A stretch of DNA of 45,312 nt from Psittacicella sp. (GTDB lineage Bacteria > Pseudomonadota > Gammaproteobacteria > Enterobacterales > JAWXTV01), in the NCBI GenBank assembly GCA_044433245.1, contig JAWXTV010000002.1:1-45312 (forward strand), given 5' to 3'. The notes beneath the pieces are model-generated. The model saw nothing but the letters and a program-made list of their open reading frames with translations, was not told where the DNA came from and searched no databases. Position 1 is the stretch's first letter. Every line of letters starts with the position of its first letter. Positions 1-11,014 of the stretch are shown here, one piece after another. The translations under genes and the position numbers were made by a program.

Positions 1-618
1 GGAAGGGGGGGGGAGTAAATCACTACCAGTAGCTCCAGGCACTGCACCTTTAACTAATAGTAAACCACGTTCTGCATCAACACGAACAAGAGTTAACGAT
101 TGAACTGTTACTCTTTCAGCGCCCATGTGTCCTGCCATTTTTTTACCTTTAAACACTCTTCCTGGTGTTTGGTTTTGACCAACAGACCCGTGAACACGGT
201 GTGATAATGAGTTACCATGAGTAGCATCTTGAGTACGGAAATTCCATCTCTTAACCCCACCTTGGAAACCTTTACCTTTTGATGTTCCAGTAACATCTAC
301 TTTTTTAACATCATTAAATAACTCAACACTTAATTCTTGCCCTAAAGCATAAGTGTTTTCTTCTTCAATACGAAATTCCCAAAAACCGCGACCAGCAGGA
401 GTTTGCGCTTTAGCAAATTGACCTGCTTCAGGTTTAGTTACACGTGCTGCTTTCTTAGTACCAGTAGTAACTTGAATAGCAGTATAACCATCAACTTCTA
501 GAGTTTTAACCTGTGTTATACGGTTAGGTTCAACTTCGATTACTGTTACAGGTATAGATACGCCGTCTTCATTGAAAACACGAGTCATACCTGCTTTACG
601 GCCGATTAAACCAATCAT
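1..618 (-). CDS. rplC: 50S ribosomal protein L3 (C-terminal end runs into the window edge)
   Basis: Absent from the ORF track because no stop codon is reached. My own translation from the ATG at 618 reads [39 protein letters not shown]...[59 protein letters not shown]. This is colinear with bacterial L3, including the GQNQTPGRV loop. It lies directly downstream of rpsJ, as in S10 operons. Confidence 0.93.
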   Translation of the reverse strand, partial: MIGLIGRKAGMTRVFNEDGVSIPVTVIEVEPNRITQVKTLEVDGYTAIQVTTGTKKAARVTKPEAGQFAKAQTPAGRGFWEFRIEEENTYALGQELSVELFNDVKKVDVTGTSKGKGFQGGVKRWNFRTQDATHGNSLSHRVHGSVGQNQTPGRVFKGKKMAGHMGAERVTVQSLTLVRVDAERGLLLVKGAVPGATGSDLLPPPS

Positions 619-644
619 TATTTTAATCCTCTAACTCTAAGAAA

Positions 645-980
<336 letters not shown>

Positions 981-1145
981 TTAACAAAAAAAACTACACC
1001 ATTCTTTGCATTTTTATTTTTTAGCAAGAAAGTGCGGTCAACCTTTTAATATATAGCCTGTATATCACAGACATTGTAATAAAATATTATTATATAAATC
1101 TAATATTTATGCTATTATAACATAAAAAAATTACATATCAAATCA

Positions 1146-2099
1146 ATGATCTATCTTGTATTAAATGCAGTTATACCAAGTCTTATAATACTAGCTTTAG
1201 CTATAATTGCAGGTAAAAGAAAAATAGCTGACAATATTAATATTAATGCATTGTCTGTTTTTGTTGTAAAATATGCTATTCCAGCTGAATTATTTTTATA
1301 CTCTTGGGGTACAAAAATAAGTGATTTTGCTCATGATATACCTTTTATAATTATGATTTCTATCGGAATGATAGCTGTTTGGTTTATCGGGTACTTTATA
1401 AGTAAAAAAATATTAAAACAGACTCCAAGTCAAGCATCTATGTACGCTCTTACTTTAGCTTTACCTAATGTTGCAGCTTTCAGCTACCCAGTACTTAATG
1501 GTTTATTTGGAAAAAGCATTCAAGTAGATCTCTATGCTGCTATTGCTATTATAATGACTGTATTAGTGACCCCGCCTCTTACTTTAGCTGTTCTTGAAAA
1601 AGAAAATGTTAAAAAATATAAAAGTAAGAATTTACTATCCTTAACTGTACCACTTAGCTTTAAGGTTTTTAGAAATCCAATTATACTATGGCCAATTCTT
1701 GGGTTAATATTATCAGCTCTACATATTAAAGAGCCTCAAATAGCTATACACACCCTAACTCCATTAGGAGATGCTGCTACTGGAAGTGCAATATTCTTAA
1801 CAGGACTTGTTGTATCAGCTAGAAAGTTTAGAATTACAAAAGGAGTTATTCTAGCATTCTTAACTAAAAATCTAGGGCAGTCTGCAATAATCTTAGCCAT
1901 TGGATTTTTATTTCACTTTCCAATGCAAGAAATTATATACGCAACTTTAATAGGAACTTTAGCAACAGGATTTTTTGGAGTTATGCTTGGAAAATATTAC
2001 GGAGTTGATAATCCAGAAGCTGAATCATCTTTATTATTCTCAACAATCTTTTTTGGAATTGCCACAATAATTTATATTTATATTTTAGGTGTACATTAA
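1146..2099 (+). CDS. AEC (auxin efflux carrier) family membrane permease
   Basis: 317 aa, polytopic and hydrophobic throughout (about 10 predicted TM stretches by eye). The size and N-terminus are typical of AEC/MdcF-like permeases. The family assignment rests on recognition only. Confidence 0.65.
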   Translation: MIYLVLNAVIPSLIILALAIIAGKRKIADNININALSVFVVKYAIPAELFLYSWGTKISDFAHDIPFIIMISIGMIAVWFIGYFISKKILKQTPSQASMYALTLALPNVAAFSYPVLNGLFGKSIQVDLYAAIAIIMTVLVTPPLTLAVLEKENVKKYKSKNLLSLTVPLSFKVFRNPIILWPILGLILSALHIKEPQIAIHTLTPLGDAATGSAIFLTGLVVSARKFRITKGVILAFLTKNLGQSAIILAIGFLFHFPMQEIIYATLIGTLATGFFGVMLGKYYGVDNPEAESSLLFSTIFFGIATIIYIYILGVH

Positions 2100-2129
2100 A
2101 TTTTATAATTTTCCAATATCTAAAAATTT

Positions 2130-2164
2130 AGATCTAATTATTTTTATAGTTAGATCTTTTTTTA
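2130..2164 (+). terminator. Rho-independent terminator after the AEC permease gene (may also stop the converging tRNA transcript)
   Basis: 8-bp stem, agatctaa (2130-2137) pairing with ttagatct (2150-2157), with a 12-nt loop, followed by a run of T. Confidence 0.7.
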
Positions 2165-2221
2165 TATTTTTAAAAAAAATAAAAGAATAAAAATTTAAAA
2201 CTTTTTATTTGAAAATTTAGA

Positions 2222-2297
2222 TGGTGCTGATAGGCAGGATCGAACTGCCGACCTCACCCTTACCAAGGGTGTGCTCTACCTACTGAGCCATATCAGC
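2222..2297 (-). tRNA. thrT: tRNA-Thr (anticodon GGU)
   Basis: The reverse complement folds as a cloverleaf: GCTGATA TG GCTC AGTAGGT AGAGC A CACCC TTGGTAA GGGTG AGGTC GGCAG TTCGATC CTGCC TATCAGC A CCA. The anticodon loop TTGGTAA gives GGT. The 3' CCA is encoded. Confidence 0.93.
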
Positions 2298-2367
2298 AAA
2301 TATATAAAATCCCATATATTTAAATTTTTATTTAAATATACAAAATAAAGGTAATTTAATATGAGAT

Positions 2368-2442
2368 TGGAGCGAGCAGCGGGAATCGAACCCGCATCAT
2401 TAGCTTGGAAGGCTAAGGTAATAGCCATTATACGATGCTCGC
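2368..2442 (-). tRNA. glyT: tRNA-Gly (anticodon UCC)
   Basis: The reverse complement reads GCGAGCATCGTATAATGGCTATTACCTTAGCCTTCCAAGCTAATGATGCGGGTTCGATTCCCGCTGCTCGCTCCA. The anticodon stem is TTAGC/GCTAA with loop CTTCCAA, giving TCC. The T-arm is GCGGG TTCGATT CCCGC, the discriminator is U, and CCA is encoded. Confidence 0.93.
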
Positions 2443-2456
2443 TTTTGATGCTTGAA

Positions 2457-2541
<85 letters not shown>

Positions 2542-2571
2542 AACCTAAAAAACTTGTAGTAAAATAAATAA

Positions 2572-2648
<77 letters not shown>

Positions 2649-2674
2649 TTATTTATATCTTTTACTTGTTTTTA

Positions 2675-2703
2675 AGTATAAACATAAATATCATCAAAAG
2701 CAA
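2675..2703 (-). promoter_or_regulatory. Candidate sigma70 promoter of the tRNA cluster
   Basis: The minus strand reads TTGCTT (2703-2698), a 17-nt spacer, then TATACT (2680-2675), roughly 28 nt upstream of the tRNA-Thr(UGU) 5' end. This is a pattern match only. Confidence 0.45.
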
Positions 2704-2711
2704 GCTTTTTT

Positions 2712-3314
2712 TTAAATTTTATTAAAAATATTATTTAACTCTTGTTTAAGCTTGATTATTCCCAGCTTTTTAGAAGAAGAAATTTCAATAACTGGATAAA
2801 CAACTCCCTCATTTTTCATAAAATCCATAACTATTTTTTTAGATTTTTGTTTTTCTTGAGTGTTTAATTTATCAATCTTAGTTAAAACTAAAAGTATTTG
2901 CATCTGCAAATCTTTTGCAAGCTCTAAAATTAATCTATCACTTTCCTTTAAAGGAAACCTTGAATCCATTAACACCACAAACCCAACTAATGATTTTCTT
3001 TTATGCAAATATTTACCTAAAGAATTATTCCACTCAGTTCTTAAATGCACAGGAACTGAAGCATATCCATATCCTGGTAAATCAACAATTCTCACTCCTT
3101 CCTCTACTCCAAACATATTTATAAGCTGAGTTCTTCCTGGAGTTTTAGAGGTTTTTGCAAGATTTTTATTGTCAGCTAAATAATTTAATAAGCTTGATTT
3201 ACCACAATTAGACCTTCCAATAAAAGCAACTTCTGAACCAATATCTGGACCTATATTATCTATATTAGTCCCACCTTGAAGATAGTGAGATTTTCTGTAA
3301 TCAAATTCTTTCAT
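2712..3314 (-). CDS. engB: Ribosome-biogenesis GTPase EngB/YihA
   Basis: 200 aa. GTPase motifs are GRSNCGKSSLLN (G1), DLPGYG (G3) and TKIDK (G4), in the YihA/EngB architecture. Its start shares 1 nt with the proS stop (TAATG). Confidence 0.9.
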   Translation of the reverse strand: MKEFDYRKSHYLQGGTNIDNIGPDIGSEVAFIGRSNCGKSSLLNYLADNKNLAKTSKTPGRTQLINMFGVEEGVRIVDLPGYGYASVPVHLRTEWNNSLGKYLHKRKSLVGFVVLMDSRFPLKESDRLILELAKDLQMQILLVLTKIDKLNTQEKQKSKKIVMDFMKNEGVVYPVIEISSSKKLGIIKLKQELNNIFNKI

Positions 3315-5017
3315 TAATCTTTAAGACCTTTTAAATAATCATTAGTAGCATCTATAGATATAAAACTTGACTCATTTTTAAATCTTGATTTTATTTCAAC
3401 TAAAGACTCATCTAACTTTTTATCTCCAATTATTAAAATATTAGAAACTCCTATTAACTCCATATCTTTAAGCATAACACCAAAACTTGCTTTTCTATCA
3501 TCTAAGATAACTTCTATACCTAAATCTTGAGCTTTATTGTATAACTCCAGAGCCTTTTCTTTTACTCTTTCTGACTTTTGCATATTAATTGGAAGTATTG
3601 CAAGTTTAAATGGTGCAACCTCTTTTGGCCAAATAATGCCTTTATCATCATGAGACTGTTCAATTATAGCTGCCACAAGTCTTGTTATTCCAATTCCATA
3701 GCAACCCATAATAATATCTTCTTTTACACCTTTTTCATTTAATAAATTTAAATTAAATGCTTTTGAATATTTAGTTCCAAGTTTAAAGATATGTCCAACT
3801 TCTATACCTTTTTTAATAACTAAAGTGCCTGAATCTTTTGGGGATGGATCACCTACTTCAACATTTCTAATATCAGCTACTATATAGTTAGCTAAAACAT
3901 CTCTTTTCCAATTAACTCCAAAAAAATGATAATTATCTTTATTAGCCCCACAAACAAAATCACTTACTACAGCAGCTGATCTATCAACTACCACTGGAAT
4001 ATTTAAGTCTATTACACCTAAAGATCCAATTGAAGCTCCTATTACTTCCTTAATTTCTTTTTCATCAGCCATTTCTAAAGGAGATAAAATACCTTCAATT
4101 TTTTCAGCTTTAATTTCATTTAAAGTATGATCACCTCTTAAAACTAGAGCTACTAAAGATTTTTCACCCTTTACTATTAGAGTTTTTAGAGTTTTTTTAA
4201 TATTTACATCAAAAGCTTTAATTAAATCATTTATTGTTTTTAAATTTAGAGTTTCAACAAGCCTTTTCTCTTCAATACCATCCACTAAAACATCTTTAGT
4301 TATAGCTTCAGCAAGTTCTATATTAGCTGCATAATCAGATCCAGTTGAAAATACTACCGTATCTTCTCCGCTATCTGCTAAAACTTGGAATTCATGAGAG
4401 GCTGAACCTCCAATTGATCCTGTATCAGCTTCTACAGCTCTAAAATCAAGCTCAAGTCTATTTAAAATATTGGAATAAGCTTTATACATTTTATTATATG
4501 TACCATCTAAAGTTTCTTGATCAAGATGAAAAGAATAAGAGTCTTTCATTATAAATTCCCTTGATCTCATAACTCCAAATCTTGGACGAATTTCATCCCT
4601 AAATTTAGTTTGAATTTGAAATAAATTAATAGGAAGTTTTTTATAAGAATCTATTTCATTTTTAACAATTGATGTTATAACTTCTTCGTGAGTAGGGCCA
4701 AGAACATAATCCCTTTCATACCTATCTTTAAAGCGAAGAAGTTCAGGGCCATAATTTTTCCATCTACCCGACTCTTCCCAAAGGGATGCTGGCTGTACAA
4801 AAGGCATTATAATTTCTAAAGCATCAGCTTTATTCATTTCTTCCCTTACTATATTTTTAATTTTATTAAGAACTCTAGTTCCTGTTGGAAGCCATGTATA
4901 CAAACCAAGAGATAATTGTCTAATAAGCCCAGCCCTTAACATAAGTTTATGACTTATAATATCAGCTGAACTTGGATTTTCTTTTAAAGTTGATGTTAAA
5001 TATTTAGAAGATTTCAT
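3314..5017 (-). CDS. proS: Prolyl-tRNA synthetase (bacterial type with an inserted editing domain)
   Basis: 567 aa. The N-terminus [46 protein letters not shown] and class II motifs are colinear with E. coli ProRS (about 570 aa). Confidence 0.97.
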   Translation of the reverse strand: MKSSKYLTSTLKENPSSADIISHKLMLRAGLIRQLSLGLYTWLPTGTRVLNKIKNIVREEMNKADALEIIMPFVQPASLWEESGRWKNYGPELLRFKDRYERDYVLGPTHEEVITSIVKNEIDSYKKLPINLFQIQTKFRDEIRPRFGVMRSREFIMKDSYSFHLDQETLDGTYNKMYKAYSNILNRLELDFRAVEADTGSIGGSASHEFQVLADSGEDTVVFSTGSDYAANIELAEAITKDVLVDGIEEKRLVETLNLKTINDLIKAFDVNIKKTLKTLIVKGEKSLVALVLRGDHTLNEIKAEKIEGILSPLEMADEKEIKEVIGASIGSLGVIDLNIPVVVDRSAAVVSDFVCGANKDNYHFFGVNWKRDVLANYIVADIRNVEVGDPSPKDSGTLVIKKGIEVGHIFKLGTKYSKAFNLNLLNEKGVKEDIIMGCYGIGITRLVAAIIEQSHDDKGIIWPKEVAPFKLAILPINMQKSERVKEKALELYNKAQDLGIEVILDDRKASFGVMLKDMELIGVSNILIIGDKKLDESLVEIKSRFKNESSFISIDATNDYLKGLKD

Positions 5018-5155
5018 AAAATATAATATTAAAATTCAATTATTTTTCTATTTTATACTAAATATCTCTTTTCTAGTAAATATTAAAGGAAATTTTAGCT
5101 TAAATGATATAAAATTATACAGATACAAAATTTTTTAATAATAATCAGGGAAAAT

Positions 5156-6988
5156 ATGTCTTTAGATATTTCTAAATTACGTAACGTGGCAATTATTGCT
5201 CACGTGGATCACGGGAAAACAACTTTAGTAGATAAACTATTACAACAATCAGGAACATTGGCTAATTCAAAATTCACAGGTGATGAAAGAATAATGGATT
5301 CTAATGATTTAGAGAAAGAAAGAGGGATTACTATTCTTGCTAAAAATACAGCTATTAACTGGAATGACTATAGAATCAATATAGTTGACACCCCAGGACA
5401 TGCTGACTTTGGAGGAGAGGTTGAAAGGGTTTTATCTATGGTTGACTCAGTTCTTCTTATAGTTGATGCTTTTGATGGTCCTATGCCTCAAACAAGATTC
5501 GTAACTCAAAAAGCTTTTAGTTATAGTCTAAAACCAATTGTTGTTATCAATAAAGTTGATAGACCAGGTGCTCGTCCTGACTGGGTTGTTGATCAAGTAT
5601 TTGATCTATTTGTAAATCTAGGCGCTACTGATGAACAATTAGACTTCCCTATTGTATATGCTTCTGCATTAAATGGTATTGCCGGATTAGATCATGAAGA
5701 CATGGCGTCTGATATGACTCCTTTATTCGAAACTATAGTAGAAAAAGCTCCTTGCCCTGATGTTGAACTTGATAAACCTTTTCAAATGCAAATCTCTCAA
5801 TTAGATTATAATAACTATATTGGTGTTATAGGTATTGGGCGCATTAAAAGAGGTACTATCAAACCAAATACTACAGTTAGTGTAGTAGATTCAGAAGGTA
5901 AAACAAGACAAGGTAAAATAGCACAAGTATTAGGACATTTAGGTCTTCAAAGATTTGAAGAAGATGAAGCTCAAGCTGGTGATATAGTTGCTATTACAGG
6001 TCTTGGAGAATTAAATATCTCTGATACTATTTGTGATATTAACAATGTTGAAGCTCTACCCGCTTTATCAGTTGATGAACCTACAGTTACTATGTTCTTC
6101 TGCGTCAATACCTCTCCATTTGCTGGAAGAGAAGGTAAATACATTACCTCAAGACAAATTTTAGAGCGTCTAAATAAAGAACTTGTTCATAATGTTGCTT
6201 TACGTGTTGAAGAAACAGAAGATCCTGATGCATTTAAAGTATCAGGAAGAGGTGAGCTTCATTTATCAATTTTAATTGAAAATATGAGAAGAGAAGGTTA
6301 TGAGCTAGCAGCATCTCGCCCTAAAGTTATCTATAGAACCATTGATGGTGTTAAACAAGAGCCTTATGAGCAAGTAACTATTGATATCGAAGAAAGACAT
6401 CAAGGTACTATCATGGAAGTTATGGGAATTCGTCAAGGCCAAATAAACGATATGAATCCAGATGGTAAAGGAAGAATCAGATTAAACTATACTATACCAA
6501 GTAGAGGTTTAATTGGATTTAGAAATGATTTTATGACGTTAACTTCAGGTACTGGTATTTTATATTCAACTTTTGATCACTATGATGAAATTAAACCTGG
6601 AATCATTGGTAAAAGAAATAATGGTGTTCTAATTTCTAATGGTACTGGTAAAGCTCTTGCTTATGCCCTATTTAGTTTGCAAGAAAGAGGTAAATTATTT
6701 GTTGAGCATGCTGAAGAAGTTTATGAAGGTCAAATAATTGGTATTCACTCAAGAACAAATGATTTAACTGTTAACTGTCTTCAAGGTAAAAAATTAACTA
6801 ATATGAGAGCATCTGGTAAAGATGATGCTATTACTTTAGTTCCTTTTAACCGTCTAACTCTAGAACAAGCTCTTGAATTTATTGATGATGATGAATTTGT
6901 AGAAATTACTCCTGAATCAATTAGAATTCGTAAAAAAATGCTAACTGAATTAGATAGAAAACGTTCATTTAGATCAAACGCTCAATAA
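5156..6988 (+). CDS. typA: Translational GTPase TypA/BipA
   Basis: 610 aa. It has [23 protein letters not shown] and NKVDR, and is colinear with BipA over its full length. Confidence 0.97.
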   Translation: MSLDISKLRNVAIIAHVDHGKTTLVDKLLQQSGTLANSKFTGDERIMDSNDLEKERGITILAKNTAINWNDYRINIVDTPGHADFGGEVERVLSMVDSVLLIVDAFDGPMPQTRFVTQKAFSYSLKPIVVINKVDRPGARPDWVVDQVFDLFVNLGATDEQLDFPIVYASALNGIAGLDHEDMASDMTPLFETIVEKAPCPDVELDKPFQMQISQLDYNNYIGVIGIGRIKRGTIKPNTTVSVVDSEGKTRQGKIAQVLGHLGLQRFEEDEAQAGDIVAITGLGELNISDTICDINNVEALPALSVDEPTVTMFFCVNTSPFAGREGKYITSRQILERLNKELVHNVALRVEETEDPDAFKVSGRGELHLSILIENMRREGYELAASRPKVIYRTIDGVKQEPYEQVTIDIEERHQGTIMEVMGIRQGQINDMNPDGKGRIRLNYTIPSRGLIGFRNDFMTLTSGTGILYSTFDHYDEIKPGIIGKRNNGVLISNGTGKALAYALFSLQERGKLFVEHAEEVYEGQIIGIHSRTNDLTVNCLQGKKLTNMRASGKDDAITLVPFNRLTLEQALEFIDDDEFVEITPESIRIRKKMLTELDRKRSFRSNAQ

Positions 6989-6995
6989 GAATTAA

Positions 6996-7484
6996 ATGAA
7001 TATCAGCTTAATAGCTGCTATTGATTTAAAAGGTGTCATAGGGTATAAAAATACTCTTCCTTGGCACCTTCCAGATGATTTAGCATACTTTAAAGAAAAG
7101 ACATTAAAAAAACCTGTTCTAATGGGCTTTAATACATTTAAGTCCATTGGAAGAACTCTTCCAAATAGATTAAATATTATTATAAGTAAAAATCACTATA
7201 CAACAAATCCTGAAGATAAAAATATTATTTTCTACAAAAGTATAGATGATGCTTTAAAAAATACTGATTGTGAAGAATTAATGGTGATAGGTGGTGAGCA
7301 AATTTTTAATTCATTTATTAATCTTGCTAATAAAATATATATAACAAAAATTAATTATGAATTTCAAGGTGATACATTTTTCCCAAAAATAGATAATTCT
7401 TGGAAAATCATTTTTGAACAATACCACCCTAAAGATGACAAACATAGGTTCGATTTTACTTTCTATACCTATGTAAGATCTTGA
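6996..7484 (+). CDS. folA: Dihydrofolate reductase
   Basis: 162 aa. ISLIAAIDLKGVIGYKNTLPWHLPDDLAYFKEKT and VIGGEQIF are classic DHFR signatures. Confidence 0.9.
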   Translation: MNISLIAAIDLKGVIGYKNTLPWHLPDDLAYFKEKTLKKPVLMGFNTFKSIGRTLPNRLNIIISKNHYTTNPEDKNIIFYKSIDDALKNTDCEELMVIGGEQIFNSFINLANKIYITKINYEFQGDTFFPKIDNSWKIIFEQYHPKDDKHRFDFTFYTYVRS

Positions 7485-7495
7485 TATATAATTAT

Positions 7496-8062
7496 TTATT
7501 TGACTCTAGATAGGTATTCACCACTTCTAGTGTCAACTCTTATAACTTCCCCTATTTGAATAAATAAAGGTACACGAACAACCGCTCCAGTTACCAAAGT
7601 AGCAGGTTTGCCACCAGTTCCCGCAGTATCTCCTTTAAGACCTGGATCAGTTTCAGTAACTTCAAGATCTACAAAGTTTGGTGGAGTCACAACAATTGGA
7701 GATCCATTCCAAAGAGTTACTATACAATTTGCTTGATCTAAAATCCATTTTGCATTATCACCAACTGCTTTTTTATCAGCTTGATACATTTCAAATGTTT
7801 CTGGATGCATAAAATGATAAAAATCTTCATCTTTATAAGAAAAAACTAGATCTAAATCTACAACATCAGCTGCTTCTAGAGTAATTCCTGATTTATAATT
7901 AATATCTAAAGTTTTATCAGATAGCAATTTTTTAACTCTAGTTCTCATAAGAGCGTTACCTTTACCAGGCTTAAAAAATTGTGCATCAACTATAACTGCA
8001 GGCTCACCATCTAAAATTACTTTAAGACCCGCTTTAAATTCATTTGTGCTATAAGTAGCCAT
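7496..8062 (-). CDS. efp: Elongation factor P (Lys34 type)
   Basis: 188 aa, highly similar to E. coli EF-P along its whole length. The KPGKG loop places the modifiable Lys at position 34. Confidence 0.97.
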   Translation of the reverse strand: MATYSTNEFKAGLKVILDGEPAVIVDAQFFKPGKGNALMRTRVKKLLSDKTLDINYKSGITLEAADVVDLDLVFSYKDEDFYHFMHPETFEMYQADKKAVGDNAKWILDQANCIVTLWNGSPIVVTPPNFVDLEVTETDPGLKGDTAGTGGKPATLVTGAVVRVPLFIQIGEVIRVDTRSGEYLSRVK

Positions 8063-8134
8063 TTATTAACCTCATATTATAAAATACTTATATATGTTAT
8101 ACTAAATTTCTAACATATAAAATATTATTATAAT

Positions 8135-9160
8135 ATGGATAAGTATACAATTACCAATATAGATACTATTTCATGGCAATCTGAGCTTAAAAATTCCTTT
8201 CTAAACCCAAAAGATTTCTTAGAATATTTAAATCTTAATCCAAAAGAATTCATTAAAGATATTGAAGCTAAAAATTTATTCTCCTTTAGAGTTACAAAAC
8301 ACTTTGCCTCTCTTATGAAAAAGCAAGATCCAAAAGATCCTTTATTTATGCAAGTTATTACTAGTAAAAATGAATTTATAGAACAAGCAGGTTTTAACTC
8401 AGATCCTCTTGAAGAAAAAGGATCTAACCCTCTTCCTGGACTTCTTCACAAATACACAAATAGAGTACTTTTAATCTTTAAAACAAGTTGTGCCACTAAC
8501 TGCAGATACTGCTTTAGAAGAGATTTTCCTTATAGCTCAAATGGTCTTAGCAAGGAAAAACTTTTAGATATACTAGATTATATAAAATCTAAATCTGAAT
8601 TAGATGAGGTTATTCTATCTGGAGGTGATCCATTAAGTTCTACTGATGAACATTTAAAATGGTTTATTAACAAATTAGAAACTATAAATCATATAAAGCT
8701 TTTAAGAATTCATACAAGGTTTCCAATTATGATTCCAAGTAGAATAACAGATAAATTATGCAAAACTTTCAAAAATTCAAGACTTACTATAAGTTTGGTT
8801 TTTCATATAAATCATCAAAATGAAATAGATCAAAGATTTACAAACTGTGCTAAAAAATTAAAAGATGCTAATGTTATTTTATTAAATCAAAATGTTCTTT
8901 TAAAAAATATAAATGACAATCCTATTACTTTAAAAAACTTAAATATGAAATTAGTTAGTATTGGAATAATTCCATACTACTTATTTCTATTTGATAAAGT
9001 AAAAGGTGCTACTCATTTTTATGTAGATAACAAAAAAGCAAAAGAAATTTATCTAGAGCTTCAAAAAATTTCTAGCGGATTTACCCTTCCCAAACTCTCT
9101 CGAGAACTTCCAAATCAGGAATACAAAACTCTTATACCTATAAATACATATCAGGATTAA
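8135..9160 (+). CDS. epmB: EF-P beta-lysylation protein EpmB (lysine 2,3-aminomutase-like radical SAM enzyme)
   Basis: 341 aa. It has the radical SAM cluster motif CATNCRYCFRR and is divergent from efp, as in E. coli (yjeK-efp). Confidence 0.85.
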   Translation: MDKYTITNIDTISWQSELKNSFLNPKDFLEYLNLNPKEFIKDIEAKNLFSFRVTKHFASLMKKQDPKDPLFMQVITSKNEFIEQAGFNSDPLEEKGSNPLPGLLHKYTNRVLLIFKTSCATNCRYCFRRDFPYSSNGLSKEKLLDILDYIKSKSELDEVILSGGDPLSSTDEHLKWFINKLETINHIKLLRIHTRFPIMIPSRITDKLCKTFKNSRLTISLVFHINHQNEIDQRFTNCAKKLKDANVILLNQNVLLKNINDNPITLKNLNMKLVSIGIIPYYLFLFDKVKGATHFYVDNKKAKEIYLELQKISSGFTLPKLSRELPNQEYKTLIPINTYQD

Positions 9161-9162
9161 AT

Positions 9163-9972
9163 ATGATTAATTTATCTAATAATTTTTCTTTAGTATCAAT
9201 AGAAGGGCTAGATAATACAACTTTCCTTCAAGGTCAGCTTACAATTGATTTAAATAATATGCAAAATAATGAGATAAGATTTAGTGCCCACTGCAATGCC
9301 CTTGGAAAAGTAGAAAGCTTCTTTATATTAGGTAAAAAAGATGATAAATATTTTTCTATCATAGAAAACTCATTAACTGAGCACTTCATAAAATGCTTAA
9401 AAAAATATGCAATTTTTTCAAAAATTAACTTTTCTAATATTTTAGAAAAATCAATTAAAATAGATATAGACTTTTCTAAACTAGATATTATTTTTGATAA
9501 TACTGAAATAAATTTCAAATTTTTAACTAAACTAAATTCAAATAATAAAAGTGTAAAAAACTTACTTTCCTATCAAGATCTTTTTATAAATTATGGAATA
9601 GCCTTATTCGATATAAGCCATATTAATAAATTTATCCCTCAAAATCTAAATTTAGACTCTTTAGGAAATTGTATATCTTTTGAAAAAGGGTGTTATATAG
9701 GACAAGAAACTATAGCAAGAGCTAAATATAGGGGAGCTAATAAATACTGTATGAAAATATTTAAAGTTAATAATCAAAATATAAATCAAAATATTAAGGC
9801 GAAACCTATTAGCTTTTTAATCGGTGAATCAACTCGTAATACTGGTGAAATTTTAAATTATATACAAAAAGATAACATTTTATACCTTCAAGCTATAATT
9901 AATAACAAATATGAAAATAAAGATTTCTCTATTTTAATTCAAGAAAAATCTTTACCTCTTGAGAAATTATAA
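9163..9972 (+). CDS. ygfZ: YgfZ/CAF17-family folate-binding protein
   Basis: 269 aa. The family signature KGCYIGQE(T) is present (EKGCYIGQETIARAKYRGANK). It is shorter than E. coli YgfZ and starts 2 nt after the epmB stop. Confidence 0.7.
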   Translation: MINLSNNFSLVSIEGLDNTTFLQGQLTIDLNNMQNNEIRFSAHCNALGKVESFFILGKKDDKYFSIIENSLTEHFIKCLKKYAIFSKINFSNILEKSIKIDIDFSKLDIIFDNTEINFKFLTKLNSNNKSVKNLLSYQDLFINYGIALFDISHINKFIPQNLNLDSLGNCISFEKGCYIGQETIARAKYRGANKYCMKIFKVNNQNINQNIKAKPISFLIGESTRNTGEILNYIQKDNILYLQAIINNKYENKDFSILIQEKSLPLEKL

Positions 9973-9974
9973 AC

Positions 9975-10847
9975 TTACTTTAATAACTCCTCGACATCTT
10001 GACCAATTTCAGGATGTCTCTTTCCATACTCTATAATAGCTTCCATATAACCAACTTTATTTCCGCAATCAAAATGCTTACCTTTAATATTGTAAGCGTT
10101 AACATTATTTCCATCCTTTAAGAAAGCTTTAATAGCATCAGTTAACTGAATTTCCCCAGAAGCATCAGCTACAGTTTCTTCCAGATATTTCCAAATTTCA
10201 GATGTAAATAAATATCTTCCTGTCACAGCAAGATTAGATGGAGCATCCTCTTTCTTGGGTTTTTCAACAATATTATTAATTGCAAAAAACTCTTCTGAAA
10301 CTTCCTCTTTATTATTAGGGCTTACCACTCCATAAGCAGATATTTTATCTTTAGGAACTTGGTTTACCATAATTTGAGATTTACCAGTTTTTTTAAAATT
10401 TTTAATCATAGAAGCAAGATTATCTTTTTCTAAATCTGAGCTATAATTAGCCATAATTACATCAGGAAGAACCACAACAAAAGGGCTATCATTTAAAAGT
10501 TGTTTAGCACATAAAACAGCATGCCCAAGCCCACTTGCAGAACCTTGTCTTGTATGAGAAATTTTAATATTTTGAGGTACTATAGAATTAATTTCATTTA
10601 ATAATTTAAATTTAGATTTAGACGCCAAAATTGACTCTAATTCATAAGAAGTGTCAAAATAATTTTCTATAGCATTTTTTAAAGCATGAGTTATAAAGAT
10701 AAATTCTGTAACTCCCGCTTGAACACATTCATCCATTATGTATTGAATAACCGGCTTATCTACAACTGTAAGCATTTCTTTAGGAATGCTTTTTGTTGCT
10801 GGAAGCATTCTTGTACCCAAACCTGCTACTGGAATAATAGCTTTCAT
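9975..10847 (-). CDS. galU: UTP-glucose-1-phosphate uridylyltransferase
   Basis: 290 aa, AIIPVAGLGTRMLPATKSIPKEML, VEKP. Confidence 0.93.
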   Translation of the reverse strand: MKAIIPVAGLGTRMLPATKSIPKEMLTVVDKPVIQYIMDECVQAGVTEFIFITHALKNAIENYFDTSYELESILASKSKFKLLNEINSIVPQNIKISHTRQGSASGLGHAVLCAKQLLNDSPFVVVLPDVIMANYSSDLEKDNLASMIKNFKKTGKSQIMVNQVPKDKISAYGVVSPNNKEEVSEEFFAINNIVEKPKKEDAPSNLAVTGRYLFTSEIWKYLEETVADASGEIQLTDAIKAFLKDGNNVNAYNIKGKHFDCGNKVGYMEAIIEYGKRHPEIGQDVEELLK

Positions 10848-10990
10848 TTAATATCCTCTTTAATAATTTTTATCTCTTTTGGCGCAGAAATATAAAGTGT
10901 TACAAGCTTACCTTTTACTTCTTTTATTTCAATTACCACATTTTTATCAATAATTATTTTATCGCCAATTTTAGTTGTTGTAATAAGCAT
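10844..10990 (-). CDS. csrA: Carbon storage regulator CsrA homologue (short, 48 aa)
   Basis: Not in the ORF track because it is too short. My own translation is MLITTTKIGDKIIIDKNVVIEIKEVKGKLVTLYISAPKEIKIIKEDIK*. It aligns without gaps to E. coli CsrA residues 1-48 (17 identities, including VKG and APKE). It lies directly downstream of alaS, the conserved alaS-csrA position. Its TGA overlaps the galU ATG (ATGA). Confidence 0.8.
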   Translation of the reverse strand: MLITTTKIGDKIIIDKNVVIEIKEVKGKLVTLYISAPKEIKIIKEDIK

Positions 10991-11014
10991 ATGTAAAGTC
11001 TACTTTAATATAAC

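Noticed and set aside
108-296. 62-aa minus-strand ORF from the track
   Set aside because: It lies entirely inside rplC in a different frame. The L3 frame gives a full-length, highly conserved protein, so this ORF is a frame shadow.
2860-3129. Two overlapping plus-strand ORFs (2860-3129 and 2915-3124)
   Set aside because: Both are antisense to engB, which has clear GTPase motifs. They have no SD sequence, and their products are low-complexity.
9234-9518. 94-aa minus-strand ORF
   Set aside because: It is antisense inside ygfZ, and its product looks like low-complexity sequence from an AT-rich frame.
10686-10895. 69-aa plus-strand ORF spanning the galU start and the csrA region
   Set aside because: It is antisense to galU and csrA, both of which have recognisable homology. 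It has no start context.
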